This document shows positions 44,859 to 58,004 of a DNA stretch of 64,000 nucleotides, in pieces. The stretch is from positions 56,916,001 to 56,980,000 of the forward strand of contig OX597816.1 in assembly GCA_951406725.2 (NCBI GenBank). Direction: 5' to 3'. Numbering within the stretch: the first letter of the stretch is position 1; every line of letters begins with the position of its first letter. The notes under the pieces are model-generated. The model was given only the letters and a program-made list of their open reading frames with translations. It did no database searches and was not told where the DNA came from. Origin of the DNA: Octopus vulgaris. Lineage: Eukaryota. A program made the translations under genes and the position numbers.

Positions 44859-46029
44859 GGCAGGCATCTGTGATCTAATTGGACTCTTTCTCCTAGATAC
44901 CTTCGGTAAGACATTCCCTAACGTACATTTCGCCATCTACAAAGATGATGCCCTCGCCTTAACAGCTAATACAAATGGACCAGCACAAGATCGTTTTAGG
45001 AAGGATATTATCCAGTTAATGAAACACTTCGGACTTAGTATAACTATAGACACTAACCTGACGGTTGTCAATTTCTTAGACGTTTCCTTAGATCTTAATA
45101 GTAATATTTATAAGCCTTATAGGAAGCCCAATGATAGACTAAGTTATATTAATGTAGGTTCATGCCATCCCCCTATAGTATTCAAAAATTTAGTTAAAAA
45201 TATTAGTAAGAGGATTTCTACCCTCTCATCTAATGAGGACATCTTCAATAGCGTTGCCCCAGTTTATAATAAAGCTTTAAAAGATAGTGGTTTTAGCGAA
45301 AAAATAAAATATACACCTATCACCAGCCCAACAGTAAGGAAAAGGAATAATAGAAATAGGAAGGTCATCTGGTTTATGCCCCCTTACTCACCCGAGGTGG
45401 CCTTCAATATAGGTAAATATTTCCTAGCACTGATAGATAGACATTTTCCAGTTAACCATGCTTATAGGAAACTCTTCAATAGACACAATTTAAAAATTAG
45501 TTTTAGTTCAACTACCAATTTTAAAAACATAATCAATCATAACATACAAAAAACACAAGAAGAAAACAGCTGTTCATGCAGGAATAAAGAATTGTGCCCG
45601 CTAAATGGAGCTTGCATGTCCAAGACCATCATATATGAAGCTACCGTAAACTCTATAACCACTAAAGACACCGTTTCGACGAAGAAATACGTGGGCCTTA
45701 CAGAGGGTAATTTCAAGGTCAGGTTCAATAACCACACTTTGAGCTTTAGGCACTGGAACAAAAGAAAAGCGACACAATTATCCAATCATATTTGGTCTTT
45801 AAGAGATAAAGGTGTCGATTATAACATACAATGGAAGATTTTGGCCAGATGTAAGCCCTATACTAACGGCAGCGGAAGGTGCGGTTTATGCGACATGGAG
45901 AGATGGCTTATCTGGAAAAGCAGCTTAGACCCTACCACATGTCTAAATACAAGGACAGAGCTTTTCGGATCATGCCCACATGTGACTAAATTTCTGTTAC
46001 GTTTTTGGTCCCCTAAAGAAAACGGATAG
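44851..46029 (+). CDS. Penelope-like element ORF (5'-truncated): RT C-terminal half + GIY-YIG endonuclease, probably Naiad clade
   Basis: Frame is open from the (TA)n junction: YDGAGICDLIG, YKDD (44938-44949), NFLDV, PYRKPN, HPP, IWFMPPYS, CSCRNKELCPLNGAC, IIYEA..YVGLTE..RFNNH, CGLC. Confidence 0.9.
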
Positions 46030-46390
46030 AACATGCTTTCTGTGTTATGTCCCAAGAAGATTTTATATATTTTTATATATTTTTATTTTTATATATTTTT
46101 ATGTATTTTTATATAATTTTTATGACGAAAAATGCGAGCGATGTATAAGTACGCAGGCAAAGCAGAGTTATAACAGAGTAATTTCCTTCTTTTTTAACGG
46201 TATTTTTTCATAACGTTTTCAAATAGCCATATAACCGAAGAGATGGTGTTATGGATTTCCACTTCGGCATCTGAAACTCAGAGTTTTATCTTGACTACCG
46301 AGTAGTGTAACATATTGTATAGATAAATTTCCTCTATTTACATAATATTGAGGTCTCTTTCTTTCTTTTGTTATCTTACCGTTTTATCAA
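46030..46390 (+). mobile_element. 3' UTR / pseudo-LTR of the PLE with hammerhead motif at 46230-46290
   Basis: ATAA-CCGAAGA-GATG..CATCT-GAAACTCAGAGTT-TTAT; homologous to 28283-28480; ends at (TA)n. Confidence 0.8.
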
Positions 46391-46474
46391 TATATATATA
46401 TATATATATATATACCCACGGACCGACTAAAGCCTTGTGAGTGGATTTGGTAGACAGAAACTAGAAACTATACA

Positions 46475-46509
<35 letters not shown>

Positions 46510-46527
46510 ATATATATATATATATAT

Positions 46528-46892
46528 TCTCTTATTCTTTTATTTGTTTCAGTCCTTTGACTGCGACCATGCTGGAGCACCGCCCTTAGTCGAGCAAATC
46601 GACACCAGTACTTATTCTTTGTAAGCCTAGCACATATTCTATCGGTCCCTTTTGCCGAACCGCCAAGTTACAGGGACATAAACACACCAACATCGGTTAT
46701 GAAGCGATGGCGGGGAGACAAACTCACACACACACACACACACACATACGACGGGCTTCTTTCAGTTTCCGTCTACCAAATCCACTCACAAAACTTTGGT
46801 CGGCCCGAGGCTATAGTAGAAGACACTTGCCTAAGGTGCCACGCAGTGGGACTGAACCTAGAGCCATGTGGTTGGTAAGCAAGCTACTTACC
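46528..46892 (-). mobile_element. SINE family B
   Basis: Near full-length homologue of 26652-27049. Confidence 0.87.
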
Positions 46893-48137
46893 TGACGGAC
46901 TTCTTTCAGTTTCTTGAGCCTCACAGCCTGCGGGTTGCATGTGTGACTCGAAATTGAAAGCTAGGTTTAGTCGGATGTAACAATTATCCAAATTGACTCA
47001 ACGCCGTCAGATGGTGTGTAGAGTCTTTTTTTCTTTTTTATAGATCCAACAGTGCTGTCCGTTCCGTCATTGCAAGCTCATGCATACAGCTGCTGTTAAC
47101 CGGAGACCGCTTATTAGCCATCAAACCGAATAATTCGCAGCCGCCATATCTACTTAACACTCCTATGCATTCAGAAACCACTCCACTATCCACCACTGTA
47201 ACAGTGCAACGTGCAGCTCTATAGCTGAAGGTATTTCAGGTAAAGAGAAGTACATGATGAGGAAGTGAAGCTTGCACACACTGAAAGGATTACAACCAAA
47301 TAAAATAAATAATGTGATGATGGGGAAAACGTCGTAAAATATATCAGGAGAAGAATAACGTGTTTGATTGAAAGATGTATAGTGGTAGAGATGATTGAAA
47401 ACAGAATCAAAAACCTTCGTAGATATTGCCAAAGTTTTCAGCGCAGGCCAAGCGGCTGTGTTAGAAGTTACATCACTCTCTCGTCTAAAATATCTTTATC
47501 ACAGAGTCACTATGGAGAGAGACCCAACACAGTATTGAACTTCGAGTTACAAATATTGAACACTTTATATCCTACAATATGGCTGAGTAAAGATCTGTTT
47601 AAACAAATGAACTCTAAAGTTGACCCGATGACCGTAGTGATTGCCGTCTCGATCACAAGGCGGCCTTTATGTCTGTTATGGGCGTAGTTCTCTTGATATT
47701 TGAAACTTTTAAATACGATATAGTACATTTTGTTGGTTTCAATGGAATTATTTCTACAAATAGCTGTGTAATGCCTGCCTGTGTGGATGTGCATAGTGAC
47801 AGTATCGATAGTAATCGATATTAAATATATTTTCTCCTTATCTGCTCCTTTTTCTTGCTCTCCCTTCTTGTCTCTACCTTGGTACGTTTGTACATGAGTA
47901 TGTATGTGTGTGTGTGGATATATGTGCTGGTGTTTTTATATTTACATAATGCATACATAATGCATATATATATATATATAATATTAGGGAATATGATTCC
48001 AAACTTACAGGGGAAAATTCAATTTAGTAATACTAAATCAAATTTCACAATATATAATATATGTATATAAATCGTATATTTAATTATTTCATTGTTGAAT
48101 TGCTACATGGTGGTTTTTCTCTAATTTATATACATAC

Positions 48138-48180
<43 letters not shown>

Positions 48181-48714
48181 TATACATATATAAGTAAACA
48201 CATAAACACACGTTTGTTACGAACATCCACACAAACAGGCATTACACAGCTATTTGTACAAATATTTCCATTGAAGTCAAATAAGAGTCCCATATCTTGT
48301 TCAAAAGTTTCGAATATCAAGTGAGATACGCCTCAATATGCAACGCCATCTTACGATAGAGACAGCAGTCATTGTAGTCATCGGATCAACTTTCAATATA
48401 GACCGATAGAACGATGTTGGCGACACATGAACTGGCCCTGAGGGTAAATTGAATCAAGAGGATAATAGAGAAGTAAAACTTCTCACCCAAATACTGTGAT
48501 CGATGATTCAAATGAAATCGAAGACTCACTCTCTGTTGGAATGTATCTATTTAGCTGAGAATGAATGCAAAATGTTTTGGCAGGATAAAATTTGCAGCAA
48601 TAAATAATATGCAGAAATTCTTGCAAGAAATTTGATCTCGTCTGCACCGAAAATAAAAACAACCTATATGTCTATTTTGTGTGAATAGTAATGCAAGCCC
48701 GCGGAAACGATGAA

Positions 48715-49960
48715 GTGAGGCTGTTGTGGGACTTTGTAATACAAACCGAGAGAAGAATAGAACACTACAGCCCTGATGTGGTAGTCTTTGGCAAGGAAAA
48801 GAGACTATGTATAGTAATGTATGTAGCAGGGCCATTTGATCGTCGCTCGACGCCTGCAGTGCATTGATGATCATTACAACGGAAGTCTTTCAGCTGAAGC
48901 GCAAGTTCTCTAACCGCCTTGCCATTTTTGTCCAACCAGCTCTTGATACTGTCCATCGATTCCGTTCGTTGCCTGCCTCTTGATCTTCTACTTACTATTC
49001 TTGTTTCCATCATCTTCTCCAACCTTCTTCCAATATTTTCAACTACAGATGAACTTTTGGTTTTTCACAATGTTCAAGAGTTGCTATTTTTCACTTATTT
49101 GTTGTAACACTCATTCATTTGTCCAATGGTCCTTGTAAGATACTCGTAGCATTCTCCTATAAGCCCACATTTAAAGCGCATTGGTTATGTTCCCTCCAAA
49201 TTTGTCCAGCGCCCATACTTCGCAACTAGAAATGCCTATTGGCCAAATGAATCCTGGCACTAGCCTTGTTTTCAACTTCGTTGAAACACTTTGGCTGGTT
49301 CAGATATTATTAAGCTTTTCCATGGACGTTCTTGTCATGGTTAACCATGGCTAACCATGTCCTAAATCCTTTCTTCTATGTGGCTTCATCAGCCATTTGA
49401 TATCGGAGTATAAAAGACAAGGAAGAAATAATTGATTATACCGATTTAATGTATGAAATCATCAAAAGTGGAATTTGACAAAGCCATGATACTCTGCTGG
49501 TTATTACTGGTGCCTCAGAAACAATGACAAACAAATCCTAGAGCAAATCATTGAAAAATCAATCTTACTCTTGGATTATTTTGCTTGGGAGTAGGCACAG
49601 CGCAGAATTAGCTGAAACGCATGCAATACAATCTAAGAACAAAGAGGAGAGGCAGAAAACAACTTATATGAAAAAAGCTCCTCATACTAATCTACAAGGT
49701 GAGTTCGATAGGAAATGTAATTAAACCAGTTGTGATGCCAAGTCCGTGAAGAACACGAGAACAACAACAACAACATAGAAATAGTAATAATAATCATGAG
49801 ACTTTGAGCATCTTGTATACATGGGAGCAGAGCAAGCCCCAGAAAATTGCTCTGCTGTAGACAGCTAAGATTTTGAGATTGGTATTTGGATGTTGAATGT
49901 CTCCCGCTATGATTAACAACAACAACAACAACAACAACAACAATAATAATAATAATAATC
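48715..49960 (+). mobile_element. R4/Dong-type LINE 3' part (restriction-like endonuclease), decayed and interrupted
   Basis: LLWDFVIQTERRIEHYSPDVVVFGKEKRLCIVMYVAGPFD at 48720-48840; resumes at 49392 (..YTDLMYEI.., VITGA); QKIALL*TAKILRLV near 49850; (AAC)n/(AAT)n tail. Confidence 0.7.
48841..49391 (-). mobile_element. RTE-group LINE fragment inserted into the R4-type LINE
   Basis: EKMMETRIVSRRSRGRQRTESMD resembles the RTE GKRxRGRP motif; 10-bp TSD GCCATTTGAT at 48831-48840 and 49392-49401. Confidence 0.72.
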
Positions 49961-50345
49961 ATTTCTGCCATAGGCACGAGGACTGAACTTTCCAAGGTGG
50001 GAGTTAGTCGATTACATCGATCACAGTACTTAGATACCTTAGATAAATTTCGGCCAAACGCTGAGCCATGGCCATGTCTAACTTAATGGCAGCACCACCT
50101 GATAGGATCTGTTAAGTCATTTTTAAAGTGAAGTTCTGTGGTATCATAATTCATGCCACGTAGGAAGATGTATCTTGGTATAGATACCTCATCAGGTACT
50201 TTATTTTATCGACCCCGAAAGGATATAAATCGACCTCGACGAAATTTGATCTCAGAACGTAAAGAGCCGGAAAAAAAATACCCGTATGCAGTTTGAGGGC
50301 CCGCTATCAACGGAAACGAAAATTTCACAAACCTATAATAATCCT

Positions 50346-50491
50346 TTAAACTAAAGGCACAATGCTTGAAATTTGGGGAAGGGTGTAAGTCGATTATATC
50401 GACCTCAGCGTTTCACTGGTACTTAATTTATCGACCCCGAAAGGATGAAAGGCAAAGTCCAGCGCGCTAACGATTCTGCCAGCTTGCCGCC
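50346..50491 (-). mobile_element. SINE family A, internally deleted
   Basis: 22-bp flanking duplication TTCACAAACCTATAATAATCCT at 50324-50345 and 50492-50513. Confidence 0.8.
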
Positions 50492-51246
50492 TTCACAAAC
50501 CTATAATAATCCTGAACGTAAATAAAACGGCGAAAAATAAAATAGAAGCAAGCAAACAATTGAATATTATTATTATTATTGTGAAGATCAAATATCACAT
50601 ATATATGAAAAAAAGATCGTTTTGCTGTACCACTCCTTTATTCAACCCACGATCTTATGTCTTCTAGCTAACGTTCCACCTACTCCCGTTGTTTATCATT
50701 GTTTGTTTTGACAACGATTATTTGATATAACAGTGACAGGGCCCTATCACAGCTTCCTGTCACCTATCTAGATACACTCGTTGTCCTTAAAAAACGACAA
50801 ATATCCTTTTCCTTTTCTTTTCATCACATTTCTAGTTCTTTTTTGTCGTTTTACCTCGCGATTCCCCATTATGTCTTTTGTTAAATAGCTTATTTTTAAT
50901 AGAAAATTCCATGCAATTACATTTATTCAATGAACTTATTGAAATGAGAGAGTTAGGGAAGTTAAACAAATAAACAGTGAGAAAGAAGGCTTATAAGAAA
51001 GGGCCAATATAATTGTAGGGAAAAAGGAAGACAAGTAGCCTATTATTCTGTTGTTGTTGTTTAAGGCTAATTCAACCCTCATTGAACCAGATCTAGGACC
51101 AAGAGTGCTCCAGCACTTCTATATTTTCTTTAGAGGCAGCCTCTCTGGTATTATATTATCCAACGCATCCTTCATGTTTTAAGGTTGGTAGGTGTTTTAT
51201 AAGAAAACTGACAGTTTAATACCTTAGAGCGCGACAACTATACTTT

Positions 51247-51314
<68 letters not shown>

Positions 51315-51344
51315 CATACCTATCTATCTATCTACCTATCTATT

Positions 51345-51380
<36 letters not shown>

Positions 51381-51633
51381 CGCCACCTCCTTCCTTACTT
51401 TACTACTACTGCTGTTTAGAATAATACCTACGCAAATATTATGAACAATACATTCAAAAGAGATGTCTCAAGAATTTAATCACTACTACCATCCACAACA
51501 AGTCACTTTCAGGGCACTTGACCATCTAACATCCTACTACTATCATAGCACTCTCGCATTCTTCTGGTGCAAATATTCTTTTAAAAACTTTTCATTTAAT
51601 TTTTACCAAAATTTAATTGTTTTCCATACTTAG

Positions 51634-51668
51634 AGTTGAAAAAGTCTCAATGACCGAAACCGGTACTG
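51634..51668 (+). ncRNA. Hammerhead motif, U3-A8 core variant
   Basis: AG-TTGAAAA-AGTC-tcaat-GACC-GAAACCGGTA-CT; palindromic ACCGGT, GUA site; about 50 bp upstream of (TA)n. Confidence 0.55.
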
Positions 51669-51716
51669 AAATGTTTTTTATAAAATTATTTTAGCATTTT
51701 CCACCTTGACGTTTTT

Positions 51717-51802
<86 letters not shown>

Positions 51803-51859
51803 CAGTGCGCGACATGGACATCCACATGAGTAATGGTGCTTTTTACTAGGTGCATGTTA

Positions 51860-52070
51860 CTAAGTTGGCAATAAAACGCAGACGGTTGGCCGGATGGATC
51901 CTTCGAGCTTTTAGAACGAGAGAACAGGAAACCATGATAGTCTATTGATGGACATCCATACAATGTAAAGTTATCGACGGAACTCGAAGTAATCCAGCGA
52001 CGCTACACAAGGTCGTCTCAATGCGACATGTCAGCTACCGGGAGAAACTGCAAAACTGAAGGCTCTACTC
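51860..52070 (+). mobile_element. CR1-group LINE RT C-terminal fragment
   Basis: WILRAFRTREQETM.., ELEVIQRRYTR, VSYREKL. Confidence 0.62.
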
Positions 52071-52079
52071 ATATATATA

Positions 52080-52530
52080 ATTACTATGAAGCATTGTGTA
52101 GAATATATTGTATAAAAGATCGTGGGTAAGGCCAAAACAATGCGAAGTAAAGGCAAGGTAAATCACAAAAAGCAAATATAGGAATTAATGTTGACTTACT
52201 TTATATTCAATATTTCGGGGTTATGACCCCATTTACAAGAAATTGATGAATGTTGCCGATGTGTGTGCGCTGAGCGTTTGTGGAGTGGACATGCGCAGAA
52301 GGGTGCTGCTATAGCAATCAGCTAGCTTCCTGTAACTCCCTTCTATTGTTGATCTTAGGTTTCTTTTGGTGTATGAGGATAGCCTCAGAGATTCTAAGGT
52401 TGTCACTGCTCCGCTGTGTCACCTTGATGTGCACTGTGAACTCCCGGGTTTGGCATATCCTTAGATGTTTATTCACGGAAGCGTCTGCCTGCATGCTTTT
52501 CCTTAATGCGTGCATGCAGGCAGACACTCC
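52080..52530 (-). mobile_element. Second PLE remnant: GIY-YIG C-terminus plus pseudo-LTR
   Basis: SVNKHL..LRISEAILIHQKKPKINNRRE; downstream minus-strand TTGTAAAT-GGGGT-cata-ACCCC-GAAATATT (52205-52243) resembles a decayed hammerhead. Confidence 0.65.
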
Positions 52531-52542
52531 ACGGTGGTGGTG

Positions 52543-52596
<54 letters not shown>

Positions 52597-53494
52597 TTTT
52601 ACGCCACATCAAATCCTGCTTGAGCAAACTCAAGATCAAAACCGTTCAAGCGGTGACCATCCCACCTTAGTGTATGTCATCGGGTGTATAGGATCTCATG
52701 ATACAATGTGTCCATCCTTTTTTTTAACTATTCACTCTGTCTATCTCAAGTGAGAAACAAGAGACTTTAGATATTATTATATACCAAGAAAGAGGCCATT
52801 AAATGTATGAGAGATAACAATGAGATTAGGTGACGTTCATACTTTAACTAATGTGTTTATAACATAATTTGGTTTCCTTTTTATCTGGACACATTGGGTT
52901 TGTCTGGGCACTCGGTTTAAAGTCTTTTCAACGCTCCTTCATACACCGGAAGTTAAATGACAAGGTAACTAAGTTCCACAGACGACTAGAAGCCCCAAAA
53001 GCCACCAGGAAAGGATGTTTGTATATCTGATAGGGTTTTCAAAAGTTCTCATATGTACATATTTTATCAGCAATAAGTTTTGATTAGTGAATTACATTAT
53101 GTTGTGACAAGGCTTATAATGCTCAGAAAAAAAAACAGTGATTTTGTCCAGCACCAGACATCTTCCAGGACCACAAGTCAATGGTCTGACCCGTCAAAGA
53201 CACTTTCTTTTTCGATCGAACTCCCGTAATTACACCGGGCCTGAAACTGTAACTAAACCTCTTGGTTTCTTTCCAAAAAATCTCGATCAAATTTACAGGA
53301 TCTACCGTTTATCCTTTTCTCAACCAATGGTAGTTCTGCCTACAGAATTCCTACGACACACTGCACACACTTTGAAAATATCCAAGAATATTCCATTCCG
53401 CTGAACCACGATTAATTCCCTGAACATACCCCGCCTCAACACCAGCTTACTCACATTTTTACAAAGTTCATTTGTTTTACCTCCCATTTGGAAG

Positions 53495-53873
53495 CACTCC
53501 GTCGGTTACGACGACGAGGGTTCCGGTTGATCCGAATCAACGGAACAGCCTGCTCGTGGAATTAACGTGTAAGTGGCTGAGCACTCCACAGGCACGTGTA
53601 CCCTTAACGTAGTCTTCGGGATATTCAGTGTGACACAGAGAGTGACAAGGTTGGCCCTTTGAAATACAGGTACAACAGAAACAGGAAGAAAGAGTGAGAG
53701 AAAGTTGTGGTGAAAGAGTACAGCAGGGATCACCACCATCCCCTGCCGGAGCCTCGTGGAGCTTTTAGGTGTTTTTGCTCAATAAACACTCACAACGCCC
53801 GGTCTGGGAATCGAAACCGCGATCCTATGACCGCGAGTCCGCTGCCCTAACCACTGGGCCATTGCGCCTCCAC
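53495..53873 (-). mobile_element. tRNA-derived SINE with family D head and family C tail
   Basis: 53680-53873 matches 25180-25352; 53495-53670 matches 25513-25690. Confidence 0.85.
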
Positions 53874-54319
53874 ACCTCCCATGTAATACACACACATACG
53901 CACGCACGCACGCATGCACATGCGTACACAAACACACACACACACACACACTGGCACAAACGTTGCTAAATTAATATATTTCGCCAATAAATAAATATGT
54001 CGATATTGATACAATGCAACTGTGACGTTGATTAACCAATGACATTCTTGAAAAACACATAACAGCCTCAGTACACACATACACACACACACGCATACAC
54101 ACGCACGTAAGATATATATATATATATATAAATATATATATGTATACATATATATGTGTGTGTGTATGTGTGTATAAAAAATATATATATAAAAATACAA
54201 AATGGGACAAGAACGCAAAACACTCAAATAGACGACACAAAAAAACGGACGGGTCATTCGAAGCCTCTAATCTTCAGTCAAGAACCGGATCATCCTCGCA
54301 ATTTCGGCTGATTAATCTT

Positions 54320-54362
<43 letters not shown>

Positions 54363-54942
54363 TACGTGCGTGTATATACAAGTATATGCTCAAATATTAT
54401 ATATGCATATATATATGTAGATGTGTGTACACGCATGTGTGTATATATACTGAGAGAGAGAGAGAGACATATTCAAGTACACACGCACTCGTACACACAC
54501 GCGCGCACACATATCGAACAGAACTGGTCACTCCTCCCTGTTGCGATATTATTGGTGTGTTTCATCAACCTGTTTACTTGAATAAGTCGCTATGATCAAG
54601 GGCAATGTAATAAAATTTCGCCGTTCCGACGTTCCTAGTCATAGTTCTGCAACAATACACACCCAGAAAGCATCTCTCACCTGTTGGAAGAGGAATTAAT
54701 GTCAACAGCACGCATCAGTAAATATGAAAACGTTATTTATTCCAGCCTTCTTCATGTCAGGAACCTTTAACAAATGCACTCGGTGACACTTCGCCTTCAA
54801 TGCTGTCTCACTCATTCTCTGTTCGCATTCTCGACATTAACCACTTTTTTTTCTTTTCGCCTTTAAACAGGGCTAATTGATAAAAAGTATAAGGAACATA
54901 CAAACATACGCACATGCGTATTTACATATACAACCATACACA

Positions 54943-54987
<45 letters not shown>

Positions 54988-54993
54988 ACACTC

Positions 54994-55025
<32 letters not shown>

Positions 55026-55257
55026 GAGTGTGTGTATGCTCTTTTACTCTTTTACTTGTTTTTCATTTGACTGCGGCCAAACTGGAGCACCGCCTTTAGT
55101 CGAGCAAATCGATCCCGTAACTTATTCTTTGTAAGCCTAGTACTTATTCTACCAGTCTCTTTGGCCGAACCGCTAAGTTACAGAGATGTAACACACCAGT
55201 ATCGGTTGTCATGCGTCGGTGGTGGAGACAAACACAGACACACAAACACACACACAT

Positions 55258-55331
<74 letters not shown>

Positions 55332-55354
<23 letters not shown>

Positions 55355-55487
55355 GTCGACTTTGCCTTTCATACTTTCGGGGGCGATAAATTAAGTACCA
55401 GTTACGCACTGGCGTCGATGTAATCGACTTAATCCCCTTGTCTGTCCTTGTTTGTCCCCTGTGTTTAGCCCCTTATGGGTAATAAAG

Positions 55488-55490
<3 letters not shown>
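55332..55490 (+). mobile_element. 5'-truncated SINE family A within (TA)n
   Basis: Core plus tail ending GGGTAATAAAGAAATATATA. Confidence 0.82.
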
Positions 55491-55533
<43 letters not shown>

Positions 55534-55535
<2 letters not shown>

Positions 55536-55929
55536 GTATATTTGCCATTTAAATATGGCTAACCCCTAAGAGTGGATGCTACTGTAGTTTGTAGCCCCAG
55601 GAGGACACTTCCTCCAGCTGGCTATAGACACACTTTCTGTGCCCTATCAGTATTTGCAAAGGGAAGCCATCCTTCCCGTCTTCAACTTATGATACACACG
55701 GACTCGAGTTTCTGGGTATTGACCCGTCATCGGCGTGTGACAATCACAGTTGTCGATGAAACTTTGCAAATACTGATAGGGCACAGAAAGTGTCTATAGC
55801 CAGCTGGAGGAGGTGTCTTCCTGGCGCTACAAACTACAGTAGCATCCACCCTTAGGGGTTAGCCATATTTAAATGGCAAATATACGTCACGATGTGTTGC
55901 AGCTACTGTTTATAACTCGCTCTAAGATT

Positions 55930-55930
<1 letters not shown>
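55534..55930. mobile_element. Palindromic pseudo-LTR-type element between (TA)n tracts
   Basis: Arms 55534-55661 and 55762-55887; 100-bp spacer contains a hammerhead motif. Confidence 0.8.
55695..55739 (-). ncRNA. Type I hammerhead motif
   Basis: Minus strand CACACG-CCGATGA-CGGGT-caat-ACCCA-GAAACTCGAGTC-CGTGTG: 6-bp helix I, palindromic ACTCGAGT, GUC site. Confidence 0.7.
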
Positions 55931-55987
<57 letters not shown>

Positions 55988-56110
55988 ATATATACATACA
56001 TATATATATATAACGGGAAGCTTTATGAAAATAGACAAAAGACGAAGGCAGGTGGAAAACAAACGAACAATTGTATTAGTATGGCGCTCAGGAAATATAA
56101 ATAAAACAAG

Positions 56111-56148
56111 TCTTTAACGTTTCGAGCCTACGCTCTTCAACAGAAAGA
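56111..56148 (-). ncRNA. Hammerhead motif in H1-related pseudo-LTR (about 56011-56172; partial relative at 63845-63930)
   Basis: Minus strand TCTTT-CTGTTGA-A-GAGC-gtag-GCTC-GAAACGTT-AAAGA; helix I covaries relative to the H1 copies. Confidence 0.58.
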
Positions 56149-56427
56149 TACACAGAGAGAAAAAAAACACAATATATATATATATATAAGTGTGATGTAA
56201 TCGACCTCCATAGACTGCTAATACTTTTATCAACGGCCTTGGTGGGATTGAATGTGAAGATGGTCAGCACAGGATTCGAACTGAGAACGTAAAGTAATGA
56301 AATATCACTTAATATGTATTTGGATGCTGGCCTGATTCTTCTATACACCACACAAATCTGTGATACCTTATCTTATATGGTAGTACGAATACACACACAT
56401 ATACTTACATCCATACACATGTATATA

Positions 56428-56477
<50 letters not shown>

Positions 56478-56631
56478 TATACATATATATATGCATCAAC
56501 AGCTACTGCTCACCCCACCGCCTCATTCTCTATAGCGGGTGGATGTGTGAATGTATATGTATCTGCGCATTTGTTTGTTTCTGCATGCGTTTTGTGTGTG
56601 TGTGTGTGTGTGTGTGTATACATATATATAC

Positions 56632-56663
<32 letters not shown>

Positions 56664-56666
56664 GTA

Positions 56667-56794
<128 letters not shown>

Positions 56795-56940
56795 GGCTTA
56801 GTAAAATAAATTACTTTGCCGCATACTGAACTCATTAGAAATAGCAGCTAAAAAACTTTTTTAAAACTATTTCTAATACTTAAAGAAAATCTCTCTCATA
56901 TATAGTGTTTGCTTAATTCAACTCACAAAAGTTTGTGTTG

Positions 56941-57010
<70 letters not shown>

Positions 57011-57677
57011 TATACATATATATATAATGCATATATGTATGTGTATGTGTCTGTGCGTGTGCGTGTGCGTTATACCCCAGATATTTGAAAAAGGGTGACG
57101 AAAAAGTCTATAATTGAATTAATATTTTAATCATTTCTAATTGCAGTTGTATCCAATGGGGGTGTACCTTTGTACCCGACTAAGTGTTTTATCTCTTGCC
57201 TCGGGCTTCCTTCCAGGTCAGTACTCTCCACCCCTCTTCCTTCCTCTTTTCAACTGCTTTAAACCCATTCATCTGACTTTCAACTCTCCAGATAGAGTTT
57301 CATTCATTGAAAGGCGCCTCGCCCCGAACCCCACCCCGTCACATTTAATACACAACGAAATAATATAGACACGAAATGGTCGTTGAGTTGAGAAATATTC
57401 TACCGGAATTTTGGCGTTAAATCTGGTTGCCAGAAGTACCATCATACTAGGGAACATATAACTGGTCATTCGACGTGTTAGATGTAGCAGTCTAATCGCC
57501 CTCAAATCTCGCACCCTACTGTCTTAAAAATACGGAAAAAAAGGTTATGCCTGGGAAATATAAAAGACAGAGTGTTTATAGCTGCCATGGCTTTGATCAA
57601 TTTATCTGCTGGATTTGGTCTGTCCTGTGGCTAAAAGACAACGTAGAGGAATCTTTGAATGAATGGCATCCTCACCC

Positions 57678-57718
<41 letters not shown>

Positions 57719-57727
57719 TGCTTTCTC

Positions 57728-57758
<31 letters not shown>

Positions 57759-57791
57759 GTGTCTCTCTTACACACGCGCGCACACAAACTC

Positions 57792-57825
<34 letters not shown>

Positions 57826-58004
57826 TTGTGTGTGTATGTATGAGTGTGTATGCATGTGTGTGAATGTATGAGTGTGTATGTATGTGTGTGCATGTATGTG
57901 TTTGTGTGTGTATGTGTGTATGTATGTGTGTATGTATGTGTGTATGTGTGTATGTATGTGTGTATGTATGTGTGTATATGTGTATGTATGTGTGTGTATG
58001 TTTG

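Noticed and set aside
45019-46200. Selenocysteine recoding in the Naiad-like ORF
   Set aside because: No in-frame TGA in this copy, the ORF ends in TAG, and I see no clear SECIS
54190-54325. TA-flanked insert with CTGAAGA and CCGAAAT on the minus strand
   Set aside because: The boxes are in the wrong order or truncated and cannot be folded as a hammerhead
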